Source: Camelus ferus
Lineage: Eukaryota
Assembly: GCF_009834535.1 (NCBI RefSeq)
Contig: NC_045716.1
Location: 29,450,001 to 29,514,000 of the forward strand
Direction of reading: 5' to 3'
Length of the DNA: 64,000 bases
Notes under the pieces: generated by a model
Databases searched by the model: none
The model's input: only the letters and a program-made list of their open reading frames with translations
Told to the model about the DNA's origin: nothing
In this document: one piece after another, positions 50,642 through 64,000 of the stretch
How positions within the stretch are numbered: the first letter of the stretch is position 1
Layout: each line of letters opens with the position of its first letter
Position numbers and translations under genes: made by a program

Positions 50642-53600
50642 AATACAAATTGGTCTTTGCTCAAAAAAACTCACATGCATAGAGGCATGTAAAAGCCCAT
50701 GCTTGCACAGACATCCGTGTGCAAACAAGTGTGTGCATGCCTGCACACGTAGACCTGTGCACGGCACACACGGACACATGTGTGGACACGCACATGTCTG
50801 GGTAAACACGCACACTTTAGATTATGGAAAGGTCCTCAGGACCTCCTGCTTGGCAGCCATTCTGGTCTGGGCTGGTAGGGCCGCCTCAGTGGCCAAAGGC
50901 TTGGACACTTCAAGTCCCAGGGGTGCAGCACGGACCCTGACCTCTGCCTGGGCTGCACTTCCTCATCTGGAAAACGGGGACCTTGTTGACATCGGCACCT
51001 CAGCGGGAGCTGAGGCGCAAGTAAACCAGGCTTGCAGGAGGCACGGTCATTCATCAAAGCAGCTGTCCCATTTCTCCATAGGAGAGCCCAGAAGTGAGCC
51101 TTCAACTGAGAGAATCGGGGGCCTGGCGTGGGGCCCCACCCTTCGCACCTCACACCAAGCTCTCCCACCTGAGGCCCGTTTTGGCCTCAGCTTCCCCCAC
51201 CTGGGATGGTTTCTCTTCTGCACAAAACGTTCTTGAATGCTCAGAGCCGTCAGCCAGGCAGACTGGGGTGGGGGTGGGGGTCCTGTTTCCCGTCTGTCTC
51301 AGCTCAGTCGGGGCGGTGAGGGTCAGAGCTGGCCATGCAGAGGCTAGAGTGCCCACACACAGTGCAGTCGCTGGTCCTGCAGCTGCCATGAGGGGCGGTC
51401 AGCTTCTGTCTGGTCTGCAGGCCAGCCTGAGAGCTGCCCTCTGGTGTCCCTGTGTCAACTCTTGGCCCAGTTAGTGGGTTATAGCCTGAAGGGGCTGCAG
51501 CCTGGTGGGAGGAGGGGGAGGCCGAGACCCCTCGGAGGGCCCAGCGCAGGCCAGCCCTGGCTTGGGAGGCTCCCAGGGCCGATGCACTGCTTTTGCCGCA
51601 GGTCACATGTGTGCTGACCGAGGGGACCCTGGCATTCTCCCTCATCTCTGAACCTGTTTTCTCACCTGACCGTGGTAGGTGGGAGGGCCCATGAGGCAGG
51701 GAGGTGAGGATGCCTGGCAGAGGGAGAGAGGACAGAGGACTAGTCAGATCCAGGCCCCAAGGGGCCCTGAGTGGTACGTTTTGAGGAGTCAGGTCACCGA
51801 GGGCGGGTTAGGGTCCCCAGGAGAGCAGGCGCGGACCCCCCCCCCCCGCCCCATTGCCTCTTCTGACTTGCAGATTGTGGCTCAGAAGAAGGTGACCCGA
51901 GTGTTGTTGCTGAAGTTTGGCAGGAAGGCTGGCAAGTCCACCATCACGGTGAGGCCCCGCCTTCCCCCTTCAGACCCAGGCCTGACCTCACTGCCCCGAA
52001 GGCCCAGGCTGCTGGGGCGTCCAGTCACCTCCCTCAGGATGGGTTGCAGCTGGACCAGGAAGGGTGGTAGTTGGCAGTCTGGAGCCTGAGGGCCCATGAT
52101 GGGTCTGGTCAGCCCTTCCTGCCCAGCCTGGAGCTGAGGCTTCCCTGCCCCCAGGAGACTGCCGAGGACATCTCGGGAAACAAAGGCTGCGTGGAGCTCT
52201 CCTTCCGGGCCAGGAAGCTAGACGACAAGGTGAGGGGGGCCCATGGCAGGTGGGGGCCAGGGCCAGCCTGAGAAAAGCACTGCTTCTTCCCTGTAAGGAG
52301 GTGCAGACAGGACTACACTTGTGTCCACAGGGAAACTAGTGGGTGTGGAGTGAGGAGCTCCCAGAGCCGCGGGGTTGGGGAAGGGGGCCGCCAGGCTCCC
52401 ATGCTGCAGTCAAGGGCCTGTTCTGTCATTGTCTCTGCTGGGCCCCACCCAGAATCCCCGCGGCCCCCTGTGGCGGGCCCTAACCGCCTGTTTAGGGAGG
52501 GGGACACATGCTCAGCGAGGTCCCCCATCCAGACAGAGGAGGAAATGGATCTGAACTCGGTTCTGGTTCTGTTGGCTCTCACATGGGGTGGGGCACAGAG
52601 CAGGGGTCTGACCTGGTGTGGGGCATCCCTGCTGCCTCCCCCAAGGGAGGCTGAAGGTGGGAGAACGCAACATGTGGCCAGAGAGAAGCAGAGCCAGACA
52701 CTGGGGCGGAGTCACAGAGGGGGTGCTGGGGGGCCAGGGAGGGTGAGGCCTGGGGGCTCAGGGGCTCTTGAGGAGGAAGACCCTCCTCAGAGCCAGGAAG
52801 GGGCTGAACCTGGTGTTCCCCCACCGCCGCGTTCCCCGCCTTGCCAGGCAAAGCCTCTGCTCCTCCTGCAGGACTTCTTCAGCAAGCCGGACCCCTTCCT
52901 GGAGCTGTAACTGCTCAGTGACGCTCAGAGTGAGCAGCTGGTGTACAGGACAGAGGTGGGGGTCCCTGCCCAGCACCCAGGGGTGGGCGTGGGAGGGCGG
53001 GGAGGGAGCTGTCACTGCTGCCCCTCTGCATCCCCCGGCCCCACACCGCCACCTGCCTTTGAGCAGGGCCTTGTCACTACCTGCCCCTGAAACTGGATTC
53101 ACAGCAGTTACAGCAGAGGGAGAGCATTTCCTTCTGAGATAAATTCACTTGAATGAAAAAAGACCAAGGGAAAAGGGGTCCAGGTGTTCCAGGAACGGGG
53201 GGAAGTTGTGAAGGAGCGAGGCTCAGGACGAAGCTCTGGAACCTGAGGCAGAGCCCCCGGGGCCGCTGGCCCCTCCTGGCTCACACGTGGTGGAGAACGA
53301 TGTGTTCCACGTGGCAGCCTTTCAAAGTGCCTCTGAGCAGCCTGTGCAGCTGTGAGGAGTCTCGGCCTCTGAAGGTGGGTGAGGCGGGGCTGGGCTGGGG
53401 GCCGGGGTGGGGTCTGTGATGGGGCAGGGCCAGTCCTGCCAGATCACACCTTGGAGTTGGGGTTCATGGGGAGGGGTGGTGGGGAGGGGCTGCCCAGGCT
53501 GGGGGCCCCAGAGGGGCAGGGGGCTGAGGGCTCCTGGGCTCCCCAGTGCCTCGTCTGGGATTATGATTCCCGCAGGAAGCACGACTTGATTGGAGAATTC

Positions 53601-54868
53601 TCCACCACCTTGGAGCAGTTGCAGAAAGCCTTTGCAGAGGACCAGGTGAGCTGCTGGGGAGCAGCAGCAGGGCCAGAGGGGCGCCCTGGGCTGTGCTGCG
53701 TTGCTGCAGAAGTCGTGATGGCATTAGAGGAGGAAATTGAGGACAGAATGACAACCGCCCTGCCAGGTGGCCAGAGTAGGGACCCTGGTCGGTCCTTTGC
53801 TTTGTTAGAGTTGGGAAAACCAGGGCGAGGCTTTCAGGCCTCCCCTGCCCCTTGGGGTGGATGCTGGGCACTGGCACTGTGGTGTGGGGCCCCTGCCTGT
53901 CCCTGTCCCCCAGGCCCAGCGGGACTGCGTGAACGCCAAGTACAAGCAGAGGAGGCAATTACAAGAACTCTGGGGTGGTGGTCCCGGCAGACCTGGAGGT
54001 GGGCCTCAGGGCAGCCTGCAGACCCTCCCCACCCGCCCACGGTGGGGGAGGGGGCTTCCGCCCAAACTGCTGAGAGTCAGTGCCCAGCGGGGCCGCAAGC
54101 CCTTCCCTGCAAGGCCCCCCATTGTCCGATGGACCCTCAAGGGCTCCCCTCCCGGAGGTCTGGTGGTCCCCAGAATGTGGAGGTAGGAGGGGTGGAGGGG
54201 GAAGATGTGTGTTCAGGCTGCCTGAGGGCCTGAGGGGAGGGGATGGAGGCTGCTGGGCTCCTGCCCCCATATCCCTGGGGGAGGGCAGGCCCCAGGAGCC
54301 CCGGAAGCCCTGGCCTCGGCCAGCCGTCCTGGAAGTTCTTCAGGGTCTGCTCTTCGCTGGACTGCATCATGGGTGGCTGCCAGATCCACTTCACGGTGAG
54401 TCCACAGACCCCTCCACGCAGCCAGCTGGAGTACATCCCAGTGGGATGGGGGTGGTCAGCACCTGGGCGCCACCCCAGGCCTCCCGACGGCCCTCCCCAC
54501 TCTGAACGTAACACAGGGCCCAGCTTAGCACCCTGGTGTGGACATGTGCAGGGACGTGGGTACAGTGAGGCCCTTCTGCATGGCCTTCGTGCTCCAGGCC
54601 GGAGGAAAGTGACTAGGGGGTGCTTCAAGGGGACCCCAGCTCAGGCTTTCTCCTCCCAGGTCCTGCACTGGGAGGGTGGTGGCTGAGAAGACCTGCCTGG
54701 TCCCGCCTCTGGGCCCCTCCCAGTGCCTCGCCCCCACTGGTCAGGCTATGGGCAGGGCCAGGACTCTGCGGGAGGTCCAGGGTGACCTCCCCGGCTCCCT
54801 GTGGGCCTACAGAGGCGCGCTGGCTTCCTCTGGAGAGCCAGGAGCCTTGGGGTTGGCACGTCAGCTAG

Positions 54869-55315
<447 letters not shown>

Positions 55316-55989
55316 TGAGGCTCCTTGAGGGTGAAGGGGGCCAAGGTCCTCCCCTGCCTGCCTGTGTGCTGGGCGGCTTCTTCATGGCTTTGAACCTCAG
55401 TTCCCCCATGTAGTTTGGGGCGGGGCCTGGGGCCCCCAAAAGTGTCAGCCTGATCTCCTTGTTCTGTCAGTGTCTCCCCAGTGTGCCCCCCACCGACCAG
55501 GGTAATCAGAGACCCTGGGTGACGAGGCCACCTCTCTTCCAGCGACAAGAGGCTCCCTGCTCTGGGGTTTGGAGCCCGGATCCCTCCCAAATATGGGGCG
55601 CTGTGTGGCGGGTGACAAGCAGGTGCAGGCACCGGCCCTCCCTCCACCAGAGGGCTGACCTGTGACATCCCAGCACCAGTGCTCTCATGACCGAAGACAG
55701 CCCTTCGGCCCTGTCGGGAGAACGGGGGACATTAGCCCAGAATCTTCCAGTTAGAAAGGACATTCAACTGGCTTAAACAGAAAACTTGGTGGTGGTGGGG
55801 CACTGACTGGCTAGCAACTCTGAAGCTTCAGGTCTTGCTGGTTCCAGGGCTGGAGTGATGCCCAGCCCTGGTCTGTCTGTCCACCTCTGTCCTGGTGACT
55901 CCCTCCACACGTGGTGGCCCCAGGGGCTCCAAACCTACCTCTCCCAATAAATAGATGGGGGTGTGGGTTCCTGGGGGGGAGCCAGCTGA

Positions 55990-56355
<366 letters not shown>

Positions 56356-56659
56356 TGAGAGGGGGGTGCATAGAGGTCACAGAGGCCAAGGGGACAGCCT
56401 GTGCAAAGGCCATGAGGCAGGGAGCAGGAGGCCAGTGTGGCTGGACCGAGCGAGGAGGGGCGCCGGGGACTGAGCTCTGCACAGGTGAATTCTCACCCTG
56501 GAGGCTGATTTGCTGACATCCACGCTGTTTGCTGTTCTGTTGTACAAACGTTGTTACTGTGTTTGTATGTGTTTAATTTGCATGAATAGCGCTGTGCTGA
56601 AGCCCGGCCCCGCTTTGGTTGTCACGGTGCTTTGTGAGCCTGGCTGTGCTGCTGTGCTG

Positions 56660-57340
56660 CGCTGCTCTGTTACTTTCTTCCAGCTTTTTATCTTGAAAAA
56701 AACATCAAGTTTATGGAAGAACAGCACACCCCCCCTGGACCCACCTGGCACCCACTTCTTGCAGTTCCCCTCCCCAACTCCCTCCCTCCCCCGCTTCCCG
56801 GCCCCACATTGTACATTATTATGTCTTCTTTCTGAGCCGTTTGAGAGCTGCCTGCTGGCCTCCTGACCCCCCAGCCCAGCACTGAAGGTGCCCCCATCTT
56901 GTCTCACCCGACGCATCCACATTGTCCCAGGACCTGCCCTGCCCGTGTCCGGGTCTCCTGGTCTGGGCTCTTCCTCCCAGCCGTGCTCCGTCCAGACTCT
57001 GGTCGCCCCTCATGGGGAGAGGGGCCTGGGCTGCAGCCTCTTGTCCTCCCAGCCCGTCCGCCCTCAGGCCCGGTGTCCCTCACACACCCGCAGCCCAGGT
57101 GCTGATCCAGGTGACAGTTTGGATGCGGCGCTTCATCTGTAGAACACACTCCCGCTTCGTTAGTTGCCCCAGTAGTAATTCCATCGCAGTGTTATTTCTG
57201 GCTCAGGATCCAGTCTGGAGTCAGGGTCACATTCAGCAGTCGTGGTCCCGCTTTATTCTAAAGCGAGTCCCAGACACATAATTTCATTGGCCAACATCAG
57301 TATAAGCCTCTTCGAGAGAGAAAATAGAGCCCTCAGGCCA
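56660..57340 (-). mobile_element. Ancient L1 (L1MC-like) 3' fragment
   Basis: TTTTTATCTTGAAAAAAACATCAAG...TTTCTGAGCCGTTTGAGAG...TCAGGATCCAGTCTGGAGTCA. Confidence 0.5.
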
Positions 57341-58626
57341 TCTTCACAGCTAAAAGGTGACCGTTCCTGTCCATGCCCTGATGGCTTTTCCAGTTAGAAC
57401 GAGGTTGAGATACGGCCTTGCCCTGATGGGGGGCGTGTCCTTCCAGCTGCGACCCTGCCTTGCCTCACGAGGTCCCTGGGCTGAAGAAGCCCAGTGTGTG
57501 TCCAGTAGGGCCCGCGACTGGAGTCTGCTGCCCTCGCCCTCCAGGTGGCCTCCACGCTGTCCTCTGATCCCTGGGAGGGGCCAGACTCCAGGAGGTGCTC
57601 AAGGCTGCCTCTGCCTTGTCGGTGCTCAGATATCCATCTTAGCGGAGCAGGGTTGATGCTGGCAGACGCTAGGGGAGCGTCCCGGGACCCACCCCCAACG
57701 CCTTCACCTGAAATTCCCTCCCACCATCTCTCTGTCCCGTGGTGAGGCCCCGCCCCATCTCACTGATGCACATGGCCTCCCAGGGCCCCAACTGTGATGG
57801 TTTCCAAGCTCAGGTGAAGCTTCCGTTCCAGGTGGTGATGGAGACACAGGGCTGTGAGCTCTAAATGGGCCCTGGCACTACTCTCGGGGAGGCAGGCGTT
57901 GGGGGTTCTGCTGAGGAGGCATGTGGGGCAGCTCCAGTCCCGGTCAGGAGACTGTTCACCCCACCCTCGGGTCGGGGGCTCAGAGAGGGCAGCCTGCTGG
58001 GCTATCTGTGGGCTCCCTCCCTGGAGAGATGGTGCAGTGCTGGGTGCCCACTTGGCCGGGCTGGGCCAGCTGGTGGACAGCCCCCTTCTAGGGCTGCAGG
58101 TGCAGAGTGAGCCTTTCTTCTCCTGTGTGTTTTCTCTCGTTCAGGTGTTTAGTAATGACTACTGAGAGGTTTTGTCTTTTTAACCCTGGCAATTGACTTT
58201 TATTTGAAGCAAGTCCCAGTCTGTCTTCTTGGCAGATGCACTGGGCACCTGGCCAGGCTAGACCAGGGTGTGTCTTCGCCAAAGCCCATTCCTTGAATCT
58301 CAGTGTCTCTTCAGAGTGTGGGGGCCCCTTCCCACCCCAGGCCCCACCCCTCCTCCTCTGGCCTCAGACCTGGGTCAGCCTGGGTCCCTGGGCCTTGGGG
58401 TCCCGTCTGTAAGATGTGGGCTTTCTGGCATCCTCGGGTCAGAGGCAGGGCGGAGGCAGGCAAACGTGCCCCCTTGGGGGGTGCTCCCAGATCAGCGTGG
58501 TCACGCGAATACTTAGGCTCCACAAAAAAGCTCCTGGAGCAGCTTGGAAACCGTGGGTTGAGGGACGTCTGTGGTCTCCCCTGGCCATCTCGGGGAGAAG
58601 AGCTGGTCGGTGGACTTGGGGTTTGA

Positions 58627-59316
<690 letters not shown>

Positions 59317-60980
59317 TGAACAGGCCCATCTGGCCACCAGCTGAATTCTTGTTTGTGGTCACAAGCTAGGGCAGGACCACTAGAGGATGGAGACCGTAGT
59401 GTGAACCTGGCTCTAGGAGGGGGCAAGAGGTGTGAGCCATGGGGGTGGAGGGGTGGACGACAGAGGACGGGGAGGCCCCGGCTGGAGACACTCAGTGCAC
59501 CCCCAGCCCCGGCCCTGCAGGCAGCCCCCTCAGCGCTGGCTAACAGTGTGCTAGCCGAGGTGCCCAGACAGGTGGTGGAGTAGTACAGCCACGGGGATCT
59601 GCACCCAGGGACTGCAGCGCCTACGCTTGAGAGGCCAGCCTGGGCTCCACACCCTGAGGGCGCCCGGGGCGCGGCCAGGACTGTGTTCCCAGGCTCCGTC
59701 TCCAGCATCCTTGACCCTGACTTCCTGGAGGCCCCCTGTTCCCCAGGCCAGGCCCACCTCGTCTCCTGTGACCCTGCTGCCTGGTGGGCCAACCTCCAGG
59801 CCCCAGTACTGAAAGGTGGGTAGCCCCCAGCTGGCACACCTGCTCTGCCCCAGCCAGGCGGGTGGGAGGGGTCCTGGGGGCGCGGAAGGGGGATTGGGGG
59901 ATTCCTGCTTTGCATCTGGTCCTCATGGGGGTGGGTCAGCAGGCAGCACCCCCATCTCTGGGATAACCTGGGCCCCCGACTCCTGTCCCTGTAGCCAGAT
60001 CCCTCCTTGTCCCAGCTGCCCCCCAGCTGCTCTCCCCACCGTGTCTGTGGGTCTGCAGGGCTGGGGGCATTTAGGCAAAATACAGTGTCATCTGGTGCTT
60101 GAAGAAGTGTTGTGCCTTTATTGCCCCCCAGCCTCAGCAGAGGACTGCACTCACGGGAGGGGCGGTGCCCAGGGCGGGGGAGCGTCTTGTCAGGTTGACC
60201 GCGTTCTTCCTGGACTGAGCCAAGGGCCCTCCCAGGAATGAAAGGGTGCGGTGGGGGTGTTGGTGCTTGACCCCAGGAAGGGCCAGAAGCAGCCTCCCAT
60301 GACCGCCGCCCAGGATCTGCACGGGCAGGCGTGCATCCATCCATCCCTCCGTCCACTCTGGGGGCCTATTTTTAGCTCCTGATTTATCTCCTGTTAAGCA
60401 GGGATAATGGGTATTGCCATGGTAACCTGGCTACCACTGAATTCTGGAAGGGCTGATACTGGTCTCTTTAGGGATGGAGAGGACACCAGAGAGGCATCGT
60501 CTCTGTCCACATCTGGGAGGCGGCAGGGCCATGGGGTGGGGGGTGGGGTGGGTCCCGAGCGGGGAGGGCAAGTGTCACCAGCGACCCAGCCATCGAGACA
60601 GGTGTGGCTGCACCACCTTGGACGGTTTCTGGGTGCCTGCAGGGGTGAGCTCCGCTGTAAAGACACAGTGACTGCGACCAAGGCAGCCGACTCTGCCTAG
60701 AGGCAGTAATGTAACAAAGCGATTACCGCCCCAGGGGTGGTTCAGGTGGATACTAACTGCTTCTGCCCACCCACCTCCTTTGTGGCACAGCCATACTTCC
60801 TTAGGGGCCCCATCGCTCAGTCCATGTATTTTGTGGGTCTGGACCACTGTCCAGAGCCCAGGGTGTACACGTGACCCAGACCTGGCCAATTAGTGAGCGT
60901 GCTGTCCCCTGGGCTCAGGTGGACAGTCACCCCGACCAGCCAGTGAGACTTGGTCCTGGCACTTTTCCTGGGGTTGCTAA

Positions 60981-61035
60981 GCTGGTGGGATTGGAGCCAG
61001 GAGAGCTGGTGGGATTGGAGCCAGGAGAGCTGGTG
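60981..61035 (+). repeat. Perfect 24-bp tandem duplication
   Basis: GCTGGTGGGATTGGAGCCAGGAGA twice, then GCTGGTG. Confidence 0.9.
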
Positions 61036-61699
61036 ACCCCTGCCACCACATGGGCAGGGCCCACCTGAGGAAGAGGGGGCGCAGAGGAAGTGGACAGAGA
61101 AATGGTGCTGGGGTGACGTGGATCCAGCTCCTCAGCCAAACGTCCTGTTAAGGGAGCCATAAACCCCCTGTCTGCTCAGACCAACTTGGGGAGGGGGGTT
61201 CTGTCTCTTGTCACCCAGAGTCTGGACCAGAAGGATAGCCAATGCTCCTACTCCACAGAGAAGTAAAGCAGGGCTCCGAACAGTTCAGGGGCTTGCCCAG
61301 GGTCACACAGCTGGCCAGTGGCAGAAGCAGGGCCTGCCAGCCCCGTGTAATTCCTGGATATACACCTTTCAGTGCACGGGCCTCCATCAAGGGCTCTGGA
61401 ACCCCAGGAAGTGAACCCCAGGACCGGGTGGTCAAAAACGCTGGCAGCTGGCGTGGCACCTGGCATGGCACCTGCAGATGAGACCGATGGTTCCCAGCTC
61501 TTCAGCGCTGCCCCTCCTGGAGTGGGAGCCTCATTTGCTCAGAACAGCAGCACACATGGGGTTCTCAGCCAGCAGACCGAGAAAGTGTGCCGTGGCCAGG
61601 GAACTCTGCGGGAGCTCCTAGGGCTGACGTGCTCCTCTGAAGTCGCCCCCAGCACACTACTCAGAGCAGCCCCCTGTTCGGAAGCTGGGTTTGGGATTT

Positions 61700-62112
61700 G
61701 CAAAAGCCTGCGGTGGTCAGTGGCTCAAGCACTAGGCCAGAGTCAGGCTGGGCACGTGGCCTCAGCTCTCAATGGAAAACCCTCCTCAGCCTCTGCTGTC
61801 ACAGGGTGCGTGGTGGCTTTAAATACTGGCCCTAAAAGCCTAGGCTGCCCCTCCCCTCGAGAGGCGGGCTGGATGCTGCTTCTCCTTGAATCCAAGGCCA
61901 GGCCGTGGTCTCTGGGCCCAGCAAACCAGCTGTCTGTAGAGGGGCTCTCCAGCCCCATGACGCCTTCCTGCACTTTCAGAGAGACCTGGCTAGGACCACT
62001 ACAATCCTTTGCTGTTTCCCTGAGCCCAGAAAGGCTGTGAGCTCATCCTTGTTTTTTGCTGCTCTAAGCCGCTGAGTTTTGGTGTGATTTCTCTGCAGCA
62101 GCAGATGACTGA
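61700..62112 (+). mobile_element. MLT1-type LTR remnant
   Basis: 3' end TTGCTGCTCTAAGCCGCTGAGTTTTGGTGTGATTT...GCAGCAGATGACTGACA; 5' boundary approximate. Confidence 0.5.
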
Positions 62113-62448
62113 CAGCCTCTCGTAAGGACTGGATGGGGCATCCACAGGGCCTGGCTCAAAACACCTGTTTGGTAAAGAAATACTAGCTTCCCAAGGGAGC
62201 CAGGCGGCCTCCCTCCACCTGAGTGACGGTTGTTCCAAAGCTCCGCCCCTGACTGTGAAGTGCCCCCTGAGGCTGGCCGGCGGCCTCCCTCTGTGGGGAC
62301 CCGGGGTCGGGGCCAGGGCCCCCACCCCCAGCCTCCTGGGTGTCAGCCGTGCGCTGAGGGAGCAGAACAGGCAGCTCGGCCCCCAGATGGCCTTTCCTCT
62401 GCTGTGGAGAGCAAGCAGCGGGAGGAAACTTGTTTCTCACAGAAGCAT

Positions 62449-62596
62449 TTTGTGTTCTTTGATGTTTTTGAGGGGGAGGTAATTCGGTTTATTTATTTAT
62501 TTAAATGGAGGCACTGGGGATTGAACCCAGGACCCTGTGCATGCCAAGCATGTGCTCTGCCACTGAGCTCTGCCCTCCCCCAATTTGTGTTCTTTG
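62449..62596 (-). mobile_element. vic-1-like SINE with 13-bp TSD
   Basis: TSD TTTGTGTTCTTTG at 62449-62461 and 62584-62596; GGGATTGAACCCAGGACC B box. Confidence 0.88.
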
Positions 62597-64000
62597 TAGA
62601 AAAATTAGAAAATGTAAATTAGCAAAAACTATGAAAACCCACCAGCATGTCCACGGGTGAGCACTTTGCCACACTCCCCTCCAGAGTTCTGTGTGACACT
62701 CACACACCTGCTTTGTGAGGGAGGAAACTGTCCTTGGGGCGAGGGTGCCCGATGGGGATTTTTGCCCACGTGCTTCACGCCCACTGGGGCCCTCGACTCT
62801 CTCAACTGCGCGAGGAGGCACCGTGACCCCGCGTGCAGGTGGCTCCACAGCCTGCCCAGGACGCTGTGTTGGAGGCAAAAGGGGCCTTGGCTGAGCCTGG
62901 GGGAGCTCCCCAACAAGACGGGGGGGAGTGGGCAGCCCCGTGGCAGCGGTGAGAGGGGCACCACAGAGGCACCCTGCCGGCCCCCACTCCTCACAGCCTC
63001 GGGGCACCGTGTGGTCATTCCACATCAGGGACTTCTCTGTCAGCCTCCCTTTGATGGCTTGGAAGTGCCCTCCCACGTAAGCTCTGTCCCCAGTCACGTG
63101 ATGCCTCCTCCAGCCCTTTCAGTGGCTCTGAGTCCATGTGTCATGAGCCACCAGTTCTAGTGAGCCCAGCTGTCTTCTGCTTCCACCTGGCCCTGCGGCC
63201 TGCTGCCCGGCGACGCACAATGGGCCCCGCTTTGGGGCGCCGTGGGAAGTCCAGCGCCACAGACAGGCCCTGGGAGGTCCCTGCTCAGCGGCGCAGCAGC
63301 CACAGCGGCCTGTGTGTCCCCAGCCCACACCCACCTTGGGAAGCTGTCAAAACGCAAACAGATTCTCACTGGGCTCCAGCCACCTCCCTTCCCCTGGCAC
63401 AGGGGGAGAGGTCAGCTGTGGCAGGCGGAGACGGTGGGGCCGCCTCGGCAGGAAGGGGCCGGGATGGGAGCGCGGTAAAGCTGGCGCTGCTCCCAGGAAG
63501 ACCAGAGCACCACTCGGCCCACAGCATGGTCGGGTGGACAGGTAGGGGACTGGGAGCAGACCCCCTGCCTGTCCCTGGCTCCCCAAGGCTGAGGCTGGGG
63601 CAGGTGCCAGGCCGTGGCTGCACCCTGGGCCTTGTCTGAGCCTCCCTCACGGCCCAAGCTCTGACCACGTGGCTCCAGCTACTGGACACAGGACTGGAGC
63701 AACTGGTGGAGGCTCCGGGGGATAAGGGCGCCTGCTCCCGGCCAGCCCAGCCGACTGCGTACAGCTTCACGGTGGATGGGCACTGAGCGCCGGGCATGGC
63801 GTCGAAACATCGACAGGAGGGAAGCCGTGCAGCCGGGCAGGAGGTGGACAGCGGGGGCAGTGCCAGTGCACAGTGTCCTCACCTACGTCAATCTGGCGGC
63901 CTCCCAGGGAGGGGGAGCACTGACACCCCATTTTGTTTTAAGTGGGAGGAAGCAGGTGTTAGGCTGGACCCTCTGTATGGTTGCCCAGCCTCAGGGTCTC

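Noticed and set aside
50690-50815. Alternating purine-pyrimidine CA/TG-rich tract (Z-DNA?)
   Set aside because: Degenerate simple repeat common in mammalian introns; no specific support
63796-64000. ATG in strong Kozak context with ORF open to the window end (DPEP1?)
   Set aside because: The translation does not resemble DPEP1 or any protein I recognise; DPEP1 is expected further downstream

Overview
Mammalian genomic DNA, GC-rich and probably camelid, judging by the tRNA-Ala-derived vic-1-like SINEs. It matches the region syntenic to human 16q24.3. In order: the CpG-island promoter and non-coding first exon of ANKRD11 (minus strand); SPG7/paraplegin (17 exons, predicted 800 aa, part of exon 8 in a 140-N gap); RPL13 (211 aa) with intronic SNORD68; and CPNE7 (copine-7). 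The main result is that CPNE7 keeps all 15 recognisable exons but appears to be a decayed unitary pseudogene. It has ATG>ACG, at least three frameshifts, two nonsense codons, a lost splice acceptor, a GT>GC donor and MIDAS/Ca-ligand substitutions, while the readable parts of SPG7 and RPL13 show none. Many CPNE7 substitutions are A/T>G/C, suggesting GC-biased gene conversion, and the vWA-encoding half is still in frame. SPG7 introns contain a 216-bp ~93% inverted repeat, a 22-unit G-rich VNTR apparently arising inside an L1 3'UTR, and a short inverted templated insertion. Comparisons with human/mouse sequences and repeat-family names come from memory and need alignment checks.
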